Assembly (NCBI GenBank): GCA_937890445.1
Contig: CALACD010000469.1
Location: forward strand, 1-43,857
Direction of reading: 5' to 3'
Source: an uncultured Acidimicrobiia bacterium
GTDB lineage: Bacteria; Actinomycetota; Acidimicrobiia; Acidimicrobiales; SZUA-35
DNA: 43,857 bases
The position numbers and the translations under genes were made by a program. Below are positions 9,766-17,697 of the stretch, piece after piece. Positions within the stretch are counted from its first letter, which is position 1. Every line of letters begins with the position of its first letter. The notes below the pieces were generated by a model, which was not told the origin of the DNA, did not search any database, and saw only the letters and a program-made list of their open reading frames with translations.

Positions 9766-9798
9766 TTGTCGTTTCTCCGTTTGTCCGTACAATTGGAC
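9766..9798 (+). promoter_or_regulatory. Candidate promoter (TTGTCG - 16 nt - TACAAT) for the rhodanese lipoprotein operon, overlapped by the inverted repeat GTCC-N8-GGAC
   Basis: This is an AT-rich island in the divergent 9684-9893 intergenic region. The -10 element is at 9788-9793, and the GTCC/GGAC arms are at 9783-9786 and 9795-9798. Confidence 0.35.
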
Positions 9799-9893
9799 GA
9801 TGGGTCATCTCTACCTCTTCGCCCTGGCCAACCGAGCGCCGAACCAACCAACGACCAACCCACACAACCCGTAGCAAGGACCGAACCAAGACC

Positions 9894-10370
9894 ATGAAAC
9901 GACTCCTCCTCACCTTGACGGCCACGACGGCCTTCGTGATCGCCGGCTGTGGCAGCGACACTCGATCAGCCACGGCCCCCACCGCTGCTGCAACATCCGA
10001 CTCCCCACCGTCGGACACGAACGAGGGTTCGCAGACCGACACGGGAGTCCGCCTGGTCTCATCGACCGAAGCCGCCGCCATCGTGGCCTCGCCGCCCGAC
10101 GATCTGGTCATCCTGGATGTCCGGACTCCCGAGGAATTCGCCGAAGGACATCTCGACCGTGCTCAGCTGATCGACTTCTACCAGGCCGACTTCGCCCAAC
10201 AGCTCGCTGACCTCGACCCGTCCGTGCCCTACGTTCTCTACTGCCGGTCCGGCAACCGGAGCGGGCAAGCCGCCGACATGATGCGCGAACTCGGCTTCGT
10301 CGACGTCGTCGACGTCGACGGCGGCATTCTGGCCTGGAGCGACGCTGGCCTCCCGGTGGTGACACCGTGA
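9894..10370 (+). CDS. Rhodanese-domain lipoprotein (sulfurtransferase)
   Basis: This is the C-terminal part of ORF 9192..10370. The signal peptide with lipobox reads MKRLLLTLTATTAFVIAGC, and the rhodanese active-site loop is LYCRSGNRS. Confidence 0.8.
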   Translation: MKRLLLTLTATTAFVIAGCGSDTRSATAPTAAATSDSPPSDTNEGSQTDTGVRLVSSTEAAAIVASPPDDLVILDVRTPEEFAEGHLDRAQLIDFYQADFAQQLADLDPSVPYVLYCRSGNRSGQAADMMRELGFVDVVDVDGGILAWSDAGLPVVTP

Positions 10371-10993
10371 GCTCACAACAGCCAGCGCCGACTCCGGCCC
10401 AGGCATGGGAGGGTCGCTATGCAGACATCGACGACTATCTCTATGGCACCGAGCCGAACGACTTCCTCGTGACCGCCAGCGCCGACCTCCCCATCGGCGA
10501 TGCTCTCTGTCTGGCCGATGGCGAAGGCCGTAACGGCGTCTACCTGGCCCAACGGGGGCACCGCGTGACCTCGGTCGACCTCACGGTGTCGGGAATGGCC
10601 AAGGCCGATCGACTGGCCGAGCTCCGCGGCGTCGAGGTGACAACCGTCGTGGCAGACCTCTCCGACTACGACCTGGGGGAGAACCGATGGGACCTGATCG
10701 TGTCGATCTTCGCTCACACTCCACCCCCGATTCGCCGGCGCGTCCACGGATCGATCGCACGTGCACTTCGCCCCGGCGGCCGGTTCGTTCTCGAGGCCTA
10801 CACGCCCGATCAAATCGGTCGAGGCACCGGCGGACCACCGGTTCCGGAACTGACCATGACATTGTCCGGGCTACGAACCGAACTCACCGGGCTCTCGTTC
10901 GAATCGGGACTCGAGACCCTGCGAGCGGTCGTCGAGGGCAGGGGACACACCGGCGAGGGTGCCGTCGTCCAAGTCGTGGCCACCAAGCCCTGA
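10367..10993 (+). CDS. Class I SAM-dependent methyltransferase (TehB-like size and layout)
   Basis: ORF 10367..10993. The SAM-binding motif I region is ALCLADGEGRNGVYLAQRGHRVTSVDL. The GTG start overlaps the upstream stop codon (GTGA). Confidence 0.75.
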   Translation: MSSQQPAPTPAQAWEGRYADIDDYLYGTEPNDFLVTASADLPIGDALCLADGEGRNGVYLAQRGHRVTSVDLTVSGMAKADRLAELRGVEVTTVVADLSDYDLGENRWDLIVSIFAHTPPPIRRRVHGSIARALRPGGRFVLEAYTPDQIGRGTGGPPVPELTMTLSGLRTELTGLSFESGLETLRAVVEGRGHTGEGAVVQVVATKP

Positions 10994-11014
10994 CCACCGT
11001 TCGTCTCGCCACCG

Positions 11015-11467
11015 TCATCGGGCGGGACAGGACACCTCGATCGCATCGATCGGGCGGAACTCGTCGTCAGTCCGGCCGTCCTTCCACATCAGGACCGCGA
11101 ACCGGGCATCGTCGTCCAGCACCGTGAGGCCGTGGTGCCAGACGCCTCGGGCGATGGTCACCCCTCGGCCAGGTCCGACCTCGAAGGCCTTCACCCCCGT
11201 GGCATTGCACGTCAGCGAGACGATGACGATCCAGCGCCGCACCTCGAGAGGAAGGAAGGTCTGGCTGGAGTGGGGATGACGCTCCAGCTCCCGAACGACG
11301 ACCGGCTCTTCGACCCGCCGGGCATGTGTCGTCGACAACACCACCGGGCGGTTCGGATCGAACGACAGGCCCCCGGTCGGGGACCGGCCCCCGACCTCGT
11401 CGGGAGCAGTGATGAGCTGACCGAACGGCGCAAAGGCACTCGCCGTGATCGGAAGGGCCGTGACCAT
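11015..11467 (-). CDS. allA: Ureidoglycolate lyase
   Basis: This is the C-terminal 150 aa of ORF 11015..12067 (MVTALPITASAFAPFGQLI...HPHSSQTFLPL...WHHGL). The ATG at 11467 overlaps the puuE stop codon (TGATG). Confidence 0.8.
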   Translation of the reverse strand: MVTALPITASAFAPFGQLITAPDEVGGRSPTGGLSFDPNRPVVLSTTHARRVEEPVVVRELERHPHSSQTFLPLEVRRWIVIVSLTCNATGVKAFEVGPGRGVTIARGVWHHGLTVLDDDARFAVLMWKDGRTDDEFRPIDAIEVSCPAR

Positions 11468-12372
11468 CACGATGGTGCCGGGTGTTCCCGAGCCCAGTGC
11501 TCGGCGATGGCCAGCCGGGGTGCAACCCACACATCGTCCAGCGCCAGCACGTGGTCGAGCACCCGTGCCAGTCCCGGGAACCGAGCAGCCTGGCCGACGA
11601 TCCGACAATGCAGACCAATGGACATCATCACCGGGTTCTCGGCCCCCTCGGCTCGAAGTGCGTCGATGGCGTCGATCAGCGTCGCCGCCCACGATCGAGG
11701 AGACGCGTTGAACAACCCAGCATCGTTGGTGGTCAGCGAATAGGGAAGCACCAGGTGGGGAACCTCGCCAACCTTCGTCCAGTAGGGCAGGTCGTCGTTG
11801 TAGGCGTCGGAGTCGTAGAGCACGCCACCGTGTTCGACCAGGAGTCGACGGGTGTTCACCGACGGCCCGTAGCGGCAGTACCAACCGGAGGGAGCGAAAC
11901 CCAGCGTCTGTTCGAAACTCCGCATCGCCATCGAGATCTGCTCTCGCTCCGATGCTTCGTCGAGTTGGCGGTGGTTGACCCACCGGTAGCCGTGGCTGCA
12001 CACGTCGTAGCCCGCTTCGAGGATTGCGGCGACGACGGGCGGATTGCGTTCCAACGCCACTGCGCAAGCAAACGCAGTGAGGGGAAGTCGGCGAGATCGA
12101 AAAGCCCGGTGGATTCGCCAGAATCCCGAGCGACTTCCGTATTCGAACAACCCTTCGGCCGCCAGATCCCGCGTCGAACCCAGGTCGACGGACGAATCGG
12201 TCAATCGGTTCTCGGTGAAGCCATCACCATCGAGAACCGATGGCTCGGACCCCTCTTCGATGTTGAGCACGAAGTTGAGGGCCAACCGGGCGCCTCCGGG
12301 CCAGTTGGCAGACGGAGGCAGACCCCCGTAGCCGACGAAGTCGCGGTCCGGGCCCTGCGTTGCATCAGGCAT
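11467..12372 (-). CDS. puuE: Polysaccharide-deacetylase-fold allantoinase (PuuE type)
   Basis: ORF 11467..12372. The NodB-like fold motifs DRDFVGYGG...ALNFVLNIEEGSE...CSHGYRW match PuuE. It is translationally coupled to allA. Confidence 0.75.
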   Translation of the reverse strand: MPDATQGPDRDFVGYGGLPPSANWPGGARLALNFVLNIEEGSEPSVLDGDGFTENRLTDSSVDLGSTRDLAAEGLFEYGSRSGFWRIHRAFRSRRLPLTAFACAVALERNPPVVAAILEAGYDVCSHGYRWVNHRQLDEASEREQISMAMRSFEQTLGFAPSGWYCRYGPSVNTRRLLVEHGGVLYDSDAYNDDLPYWTKVGEVPHLVLPYSLTTNDAGLFNASPRSWAATLIDAIDALRAEGAENPVMMSIGLHCRIVGQAARFPGLARVLDHVLALDDVWVAPRLAIAEHWAREHPAPS

Positions 12373-12447
12373 GACTGGGCACCCGATCGATCGGGGCCGC
12401 CGGGTTCTCCGGCTGCCGGGTCGACGTCCTCACCGACGACTCATGAG

Positions 12448-13917
12448 CTACAGATCCCCCAATGGAGCCCAGGTGGCATGGGTACCGCTGCAGATCCGTT
12501 CCGGGAGACGGATGCGGGCAACCGGCTCGTCACCGGGCCGACCTGCGTCCAGGATGATGCACTCCGACCGGTCGTTGACGACGTCGGAACTGAAGGTGAT
12601 CAGGTAGCCATCATCCTCTGCCGTCGACCCGTCACGGGGCGCCATCACGGTCTCGCTGACAACGACACCATCGCCGAACCGAACCTCTTCCTCGTTGCCG
12701 GTATCCAGATCGTGCTTGACCAGACCGTCGAACACGAACAGGCCTTCGGCCCCCAGCGCGTTGTAGGAGTAGCGGTGCCGGCGACCGGCGTGCCGACCGT
12801 TGATCATGGGGAACTCTGCGTTGCGGTCGCTCATCTCCTCTTCGGTCGTCTCACCCGTGACCAGGTTGAAGCGCCACCGATGGGCGCGTGCATCGAGGAC
12901 GTTCAGGTCGAGCGTCTCGAATCCCTTCCACTCCGCCGGCAGCACCTGCTTGGCGCCCCGGCCGGTCGGGTTGTGCTGGAAGAACCCGTCGAGCACCACC
13001 TCGTCGCCATCCTCGTAGGCGTTGGTCCAGTGCAACACGAAGGTCGGGTCTGCTTCGAACCAGCGAATGTCCTCGGTCGTGCCGTGGCGCGGAATCAGCG
13101 CGAACCGGCTCGGCATGTCCCGATGGAAGCGGTTCGAATAGAACCCGTCGGCCAATGCAGCCGGGTCCCAGAACAGCGGGAGATCGTTCAGAATCGTCCA
13201 GTTCTCGGTGAAGGCCATGTCGTGCGGCAGTCGAGGGCCCGGCAGCGGAACGTCGACGTAGTCGGTCAACTCGCCGTCGCGGCTCACGACCCCATAGTGC
13301 ATGTAGGGCGCCTGCTGGCTGTAGTTGAAGAACAGCAGTTCACCGGTGTGCTCGTCGAGCTTTGGATGGGCCGACACTCCCTCGGCCGGGAATCGACCGT
13401 TCCAGGTCGTCTTGCCGCGATCCTCGAGGGTCACCGGATCGACGGCATAGAGCTCGCCGCACTGATAGAAGCTGGCCAGTGCCTTCCCACCGTGCACGAC
13501 CACATCGGTGCTGGCATTGTCCTTCATCATGGTTCTCACACCCCAGCCGTGATCGGCGATGGCGTTCGACGGATGCTCGGTGATGCCGGCCCACAGGCTA
13601 CGTCGCGCCTCCTGTTCGGCCAGGAAACCATCCGTGCGCACGAAACGATTGGCGTACCGGGCCTCACCATTGGAGAACGAGATCGAGTGCAGCATCGCAT
13701 CACCATCGAAGGGGTGGTAACGCTTGATCGGTTCGAACAGCGCGTTCTCGGTGTTGCGCAGATAGACCCCGCTCAGATCGTCGGGGATTCGCCCGACCAC
13801 GTCCATGTCCCAGGCGTCGTATTCCCGCTGCTGAGGACGCCACGGCCCCGAGCGGTACGGGTGCTGATCATCGGGCGGCAGACCCGACTCGACGGTGTTC
13901 CTGAGTTCGACCCTCAT
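12448..13917 (-). CDS. Carotenoid oxygenase family dioxygenase (carotenoid/stilbene cleavage type)
   Basis: ORF 12448..13917. The region YLRNTENALFEPIKRYHPFDGDAMLHSISF and the later conserved His contexts (VSAHPK, HWTNAYE, GTHATW) are typical of the RPE65/CCD family. Confidence 0.85.
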   Translation of the reverse strand: MRVELRNTVESGLPPDDQHPYRSGPWRPQQREYDAWDMDVVGRIPDDLSGVYLRNTENALFEPIKRYHPFDGDAMLHSISFSNGEARYANRFVRTDGFLAEQEARRSLWAGITEHPSNAIADHGWGVRTMMKDNASTDVVVHGGKALASFYQCGELYAVDPVTLEDRGKTTWNGRFPAEGVSAHPKLDEHTGELLFFNYSQQAPYMHYGVVSRDGELTDYVDVPLPGPRLPHDMAFTENWTILNDLPLFWDPAALADGFYSNRFHRDMPSRFALIPRHGTTEDIRWFEADPTFVLHWTNAYEDGDEVVLDGFFQHNPTGRGAKQVLPAEWKGFETLDLNVLDARAHRWRFNLVTGETTEEEMSDRNAEFPMINGRHAGRRHRYSYNALGAEGLFVFDGLVKHDLDTGNEEEVRFGDGVVVSETVMAPRDGSTAEDDGYLITFSSDVVNDRSECIILDAGRPGDEPVARIRLPERICSGTHATWAPLGDL

Positions 13918-14017
13918 GACAACGTTCTAGCCTCTCCGACTGCCGCCTGCCGACCTTGACTGCCAGAGCGACACGGAATGCCGCGTTCGCTCACGAAGAG
14001 GGGGCGAGCGACGGGTG

Positions 14018-14043
14018 TCGGGCCTGGAGGACGGGCCTGGAGG
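14018..14043. repeat. Tandem 13-bp direct repeat, cgggcctggagga x2
   Basis: Read directly from the sequence. It lies between the SDR stop codon (14051) and the oxygenase start (13917). Confidence 0.9.
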
Positions 14044-14050
14044 AAAGGTG

Positions 14051-14881
14051 TCAAGCCTGGGGAAGGGTCTGATCCTCGTTCATGGCGTCGAGCATGTTCT
14101 GGATGGCCTTGGTCCAACGAGGGTGGGTCAGGATCCAGAAGCGATCCGAGCCAATGGCTTCCAACACCATCCGTCCGACCTCATCGGGATCCATGCCCTT
14201 GTCGAGGATGGCCTGGATGTTGCTGGCCACCCGCCCCGTCGTGGCACCGTCCTCCTTGGGCTTGGTTTGACTCGGGCGGAACGCCACGGAGTGTCGGCTG
14301 ATGTTCGTGTTGATGGGACCGGGGCACAACACCGATGCCGTGATCGGCGAATTCCGACCGCGGAGATCCCGCTCGAGCGTCGCCATCAGGGCGACGACAC
14401 CGTGCTTGGCCACGTTGTAGGCGCCCATCATGTTGCCGGCGATGAGACCCGCCATGGACGACGTGGCATTGATGTGACCCTCGCCCTGTTCCTCGATCAG
14501 GGGAAGGAACACGTGCACGCCATAGATGGGCCCCCACAGATCGACATCGATGATCCACTTCCAGTCATCGAGCTTCAGCTTGTGGGTCGGTGTCGGAATG
14601 CCGATGCCGGCGTTGTTGCACAGGACATGGACGCCGCCGAAGGTGTCGACGGCCTGATCGGCCAGGGCCTCGATGTCGGACAATTGCGAGACGTCGCACC
14701 GACGGGTCACCACCTTGGCGCCGGCTCGGGTCAGTTCGTCGTCGACTGCGGCCAGTGCCAGGTCGTCCAGATCGCCGATGACGAGTTTCATCCCCGCCCC
14801 GGCAAACGCTCGGGCCATACCCAGACCGATGCCACTCGCTCCACCGGTGATGACGGCGACTCGTCCTTCGAAATGTTCCAT
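14051..14881 (-). CDS. Short-chain dehydrogenase/reductase (SDR)
   Basis: ORF 14051..14911. The start is placed at MEHFEGRVAVITGGASGIGLG (TGxxxGxG), and the catalytic YNVAKHG motif is present. Confidence 0.85.
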   Translation of the reverse strand: MEHFEGRVAVITGGASGIGLGMARAFAGAGMKLVIGDLDDLALAAVDDELTRAGAKVVTRRCDVSQLSDIEALADQAVDTFGGVHVLCNNAGIGIPTPTHKLKLDDWKWIIDVDLWGPIYGVHVFLPLIEEQGEGHINATSSMAGLIAGNMMGAYNVAKHGVVALMATLERDLRGRNSPITASVLCPGPINTNISRHSVAFRPSQTKPKEDGATTGRVASNIQAILDKGMDPDEVGRMVLEAIGSDRFWILTHPRWTKAIQNMLDAMNEDQTLPQA

Positions 14882-14915
14882 GGGCGTCGTGTTAGCCGAC
14901 CGGCAGAGCACACGT

Positions 14916-14956
14916 CGAGCGGAGGGGCTCCGGAAACTCCGAATCCCCTCCGCTCG
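14916..14956 (-). terminator. Strong stem-loop (12-bp perfect stem CGAGCGGAGGGG / CCCCTCCGCTCG, 17-nt loop) downstream of the substrate-binding-protein gene
   Basis: The inverted repeat was read directly from the sequence. A second, smaller hairpin (CCCGTC...GACGGG) lies at about 14972-14993. No U-tract follows, so calling it an intrinsic terminator is an inference. Confidence 0.5.
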
Positions 14957-14998
14957 ACTCCCCCTACTCTCCCCGTCGGTTCCCCCTGACGGGAAGAA

Positions 14999-16618
14999 TC
15001 AGGCGCAGCCCGTATCCGTCCAGGTGCAGTTGGGCGAGCTGCCGTTCAGGTCGACGATGCCGCCCTCTTGGATCCAGGTCTCGGCTTCGGCGTCGTACAC
15101 ACTGAAGTCCGACCCTTCGACGAAGTAGGAGTCCTCGTTGCCGTTCATCGCGAACGTCACCCCCTCGATCAGCTGTGGATGATTCACGTCCAGGCTGCGA
15201 ATGGCCAACATCACATTGGTCCGGGTCAGACCGCCGGGAAGCTCGTTGGCCACCCGGAACGACTCGACGAACGGCCAGGCATAGAAGAAGCCGGTGAAGT
15301 ACAAGCCGATGTTGATGTCCAGTTCGGCGTCGGTCAACAAGCCATTGGCGAACTGTACATAGGCATCATCGGCATACTGCGGGTCGGTGTTCACCTTCTG
15401 GCCACCACCGACGATGCGCCAACCATCGGCGGCTTCCCCGGCCGGGATCATGAACGAGTTCGGATCCTTGCAGGTCGAGGAGATGAACAACACGGCACCG
15501 GAGTCCTTCAGGCCGTTACGGCCCGCCTCTTCGACCATGAGCAGACACGGATTGCCGGCCATCATGCCGAGTGCGACGTCGGGCTGAGCAGCGGCGATGG
15601 TGGTCATCTCGTTCGTGACCGTCGGTGCCGCCGGATCGAACCGGACAGAGATGAACTCGCTGATGACGTCGGGGTTCTCCTCGGCGTACCGCTCCATGCC
15701 CTGCTCGTAGGCGAGGCCGAAGTCGTTGTCCATGACCAGGCCGGCCACCTTCACCGGCAACTGGTCCGCCATGTTCTCCTTGATCCAGGCACCCCACAGG
15801 ATCGACTCGGTCAGGTAGCCCAGCTGCGAGCCCGTCGTCCACGGATGCACCACCGGGTCACCCCAGGCCGGATGACCGGTCGCCACCAGCATCTGCGGGA
15901 CACATTGCTGGTTGAGGGTGTCGTACACCGCCAACGTGCTGGGCGATCCGAGCGTGTGGAAGGCGAACGGCTTCTCCGACTGCAACAACTCGTCGACCAA
16001 CTCGATCGTGACCGTGGCCACGTACTGATCGTCCTTGCGGATCAGCTCCAGAGGTAGACCCCCGATGCCTCCGGTCTCGTTGACGTAGTCGAAGTAGGTC
16101 TCCCAGCCGATGCCCATGTTGCCGTAGGCGGCCAGGTTGCCCGACTGCGGGCCGGGATGCCCGACCTTGATCGTCTCGGCGATGCCCTCGGTGTCCACCC
16201 AGTCGCTCGGGCAGTTGTTCAGATCGATCTCGAAACCTCCGGGACCACGCAGGATGTTGTCGTCGCCGATGCCGTACTCTCCGGATTCCATGCCGGCGGT
16301 CAGCATGTCGATCTGTGTCTGGCGGGTCGCGGCCCACTCTGCTTCCAACTCCTCGATGTTCGTGGCCGTGGAACCTGCGGCGTCCGAACCGGCTTCGCTG
16401 CTCGCGGCCTCGGCCACGGCGTCCTCGGCTTCATCGGTGTCGATGCTCCCGGCATCGCTCCCGGCGTCTTCGGCCTCACCCTCGGCCGCGGTGTCACCGC
16501 CACCATCACTGCCGCTGTCGGAGCTCGCACTGTCGCTCCCACCGCCACAGGCTGCAGCCAGCATGCCCAAACTGGTCAAGAGCGCGATGACCCTCGACCA
16601 ACGAAAATCGGTCCCCAT
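14999..16618 (-). CDS. ABC transporter substrate-binding lipoprotein (Leu/Ile/Val-binding, Peripla_BP_6-like); no permease or ATPase genes adjacent
   Basis: ORF 14999..16618. The lipobox is LGMLAAACGG, followed by a long Asp/Ser/Glu-rich linker and then a type-1 periplasmic binding fold. Confidence 0.8.
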   Translation of the reverse strand: MGTDFRWSRVIALLTSLGMLAAACGGGSDSASSDSGSDGGGDTAAEGEAEDAGSDAGSIDTDEAEDAVAEAASSEAGSDAAGSTATNIEELEAEWAATRQTQIDMLTAGMESGEYGIGDDNILRGPGGFEIDLNNCPSDWVDTEGIAETIKVGHPGPQSGNLAAYGNMGIGWETYFDYVNETGGIGGLPLELIRKDDQYVATVTIELVDELLQSEKPFAFHTLGSPSTLAVYDTLNQQCVPQMLVATGHPAWGDPVVHPWTTGSQLGYLTESILWGAWIKENMADQLPVKVAGLVMDNDFGLAYEQGMERYAEENPDVISEFISVRFDPAAPTVTNEMTTIAAAQPDVALGMMAGNPCLLMVEEAGRNGLKDSGAVLFISSTCKDPNSFMIPAGEAADGWRIVGGGQKVNTDPQYADDAYVQFANGLLTDAELDINIGLYFTGFFYAWPFVESFRVANELPGGLTRTNVMLAIRSLDVNHPQLIEGVTFAMNGNEDSYFVEGSDFSVYDAEAETWIQEGGIVDLNGSSPNCTWTDTGCA

Positions 16619-16691
16619 ATTCCGTTCCCCCTAAAGGTTTGCGTTTCGCTGCCACCCCCGTGGCAACGAGCACGAACCTAAACCGGATCTC

Positions 16692-16705
16692 GTGACCGAG
16701 GTCAC
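16692..16705. promoter_or_regulatory. Perfect palindrome GTGACC-GA-GGTCAC upstream of the substrate-binding-protein gene; candidate operator
   Basis: Read directly from the sequence. It lies 74-87 nt upstream of the start at 16618 and about 30 nt downstream of the hydrolase stop at 16737. The 2-nt spacer makes a hairpin unlikely. Confidence 0.3.
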
Positions 16706-16736
16706 TTACGTCAACGAACTGCAACAAACGACATGG

Positions 16737-17606
16737 TCACGGCATCCGACCCAGGAACTCGAGCACGGCAGTGGTGAAGGCATCGTTGTCGTCGCCGGCC
16801 ACCATGTGGCCGGTATTGGCGACGTCGAGATACTCCGCCGTCGGAACGCGGTCCAGGAACAACTGCACCGACTCGGCCGTGACCAGATCGGACCTGCCTC
16901 CCCGGACCAAGAGCACGGGGCGCCCCGCTCGGCGCGCTCCGTCGAGCATGATCTCGCTGACTCGCTCCATGCTCTGGCGCATCACCTCGTGGTCACCGGT
17001 CACGAATCCCGGTTTGGACGAGATGTAGTCGGGGTCCCACCGCCACCGCCATCGCCCGTCAGGACCTTCTCGCAGCACCTTGGTCAGACCACCCAGATCC
17101 TTGGGGCGAGGTCGATTCGGGTTGTAGGCCGCCATGGCATCGGATGCTTCCTCGAGGGTGGCGAAACCGTCGGGGTTCCCGGCCATCCAGGTCACGATTC
17201 TGGTCGCGCCCTCCACCGCGAAATTCGGCGCGATGTCGACCAGCACGACGGCCCGGTACAGCGGCACCTCGCTGGCGTACTGGGCCGCGAGCGCCGCCAT
17301 CCCACCCATCGACGCACCGATCACGACCGGCTCCTGATCGAACCGATCGAGCAGAGCCAGGACATCTGCACCCATGTGCTCGACATCATAGCGAGCCTCC
17401 TGCGACCAGTCGCTGTCACCGTGCCCGCGAGCGTCCACCGTCAGCACCGACCAGCCCTGCTCGGCCAACACCGCAGCGGTGGCCCGCCACGCGTGGCGGT
17501 TCTGGCCCGCGCCGTGCAGCATCAACACCGGCGGCCCGCCGGCTGGCCCCCACTCGTCGGCGATCAGGGTGAGGCCGTCGGTTCCGGGACACGAGATCGT
17601 CTGCAC
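16737..17606 (-). CDS. Alpha/beta-fold hydrolase (paralog of 18618..19499)
   Basis: ORF 16737..17606. It contains the HGxGQxRHAW region, DARGHGDSDW, the nucleophile elbow GASMGG, and a C-terminal His in TGHMVAGD. Confidence 0.85.
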   Translation of the reverse strand: MQTISCPGTDGLTLIADEWGPAGGPPVLMLHGAGQNRHAWRATAAVLAEQGWSVLTVDARGHGDSDWSQEARYDVEHMGADVLALLDRFDQEPVVIGASMGGMAALAAQYASEVPLYRAVVLVDIAPNFAVEGATRIVTWMAGNPDGFATLEEASDAMAAYNPNRPRPKDLGGLTKVLREGPDGRWRWRWDPDYISSKPGFVTGDHEVMRQSMERVSEIMLDGARRAGRPVLLVRGGRSDLVTAESVQLFLDRVPTAEYLDVANTGHMVAGDDNDAFTTAVLEFLGRMP

Positions 17607-17697
17607 CGAACCGATGGTAGGTGTCGAACGACGTCAACCCGAATCTGACCGCACCAGGCGAACCACGTACGCTCTGGCCATCCACGAGGAGACCAGC

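Noticed and set aside
9192-9893. The N-terminal 234 codons of ORF 9192..10370, and likewise the 5' extensions of ORFs 28958..31057, 33034..34755, 11015..12067, 8925..9863 and 1289..2500
   Set aside because: The extensions overlap well-supported genes on the other strand or in another frame and are Arg/Pro-rich. Good internal starts exist, with ribosome-binding sites, signal peptides or stop-start overlaps.
10896-10912. A GTTCGAATC T-loop-like string suggesting a tRNA (a similar string occurs near 13131)
   Set aside because: Both lie inside well-supported coding sequences. No acceptor, D or anticodon stems can be built around them. I found no tRNA or rRNA in the window.
11482-13959. An 825-aa + strand ORF spanning three minus-strand genes. 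Other long antisense ORFs are similar: 2317..3447, 6048..7592, 7441..8835, 15068..16057, 22794..23813, 26143..27150, 27205..28350, 29669..30649, 35850..37199, 38766..39884, 39832..40929, 41056..42237 and 42635..43810.
   Set aside because: Each lies opposite a gene with strong family motifs and has Arg/Gly/Pro/His/Asp-biased, motif-free translations. They are shadow ORFs that persist because stop codons are rare in GC-rich sequence.
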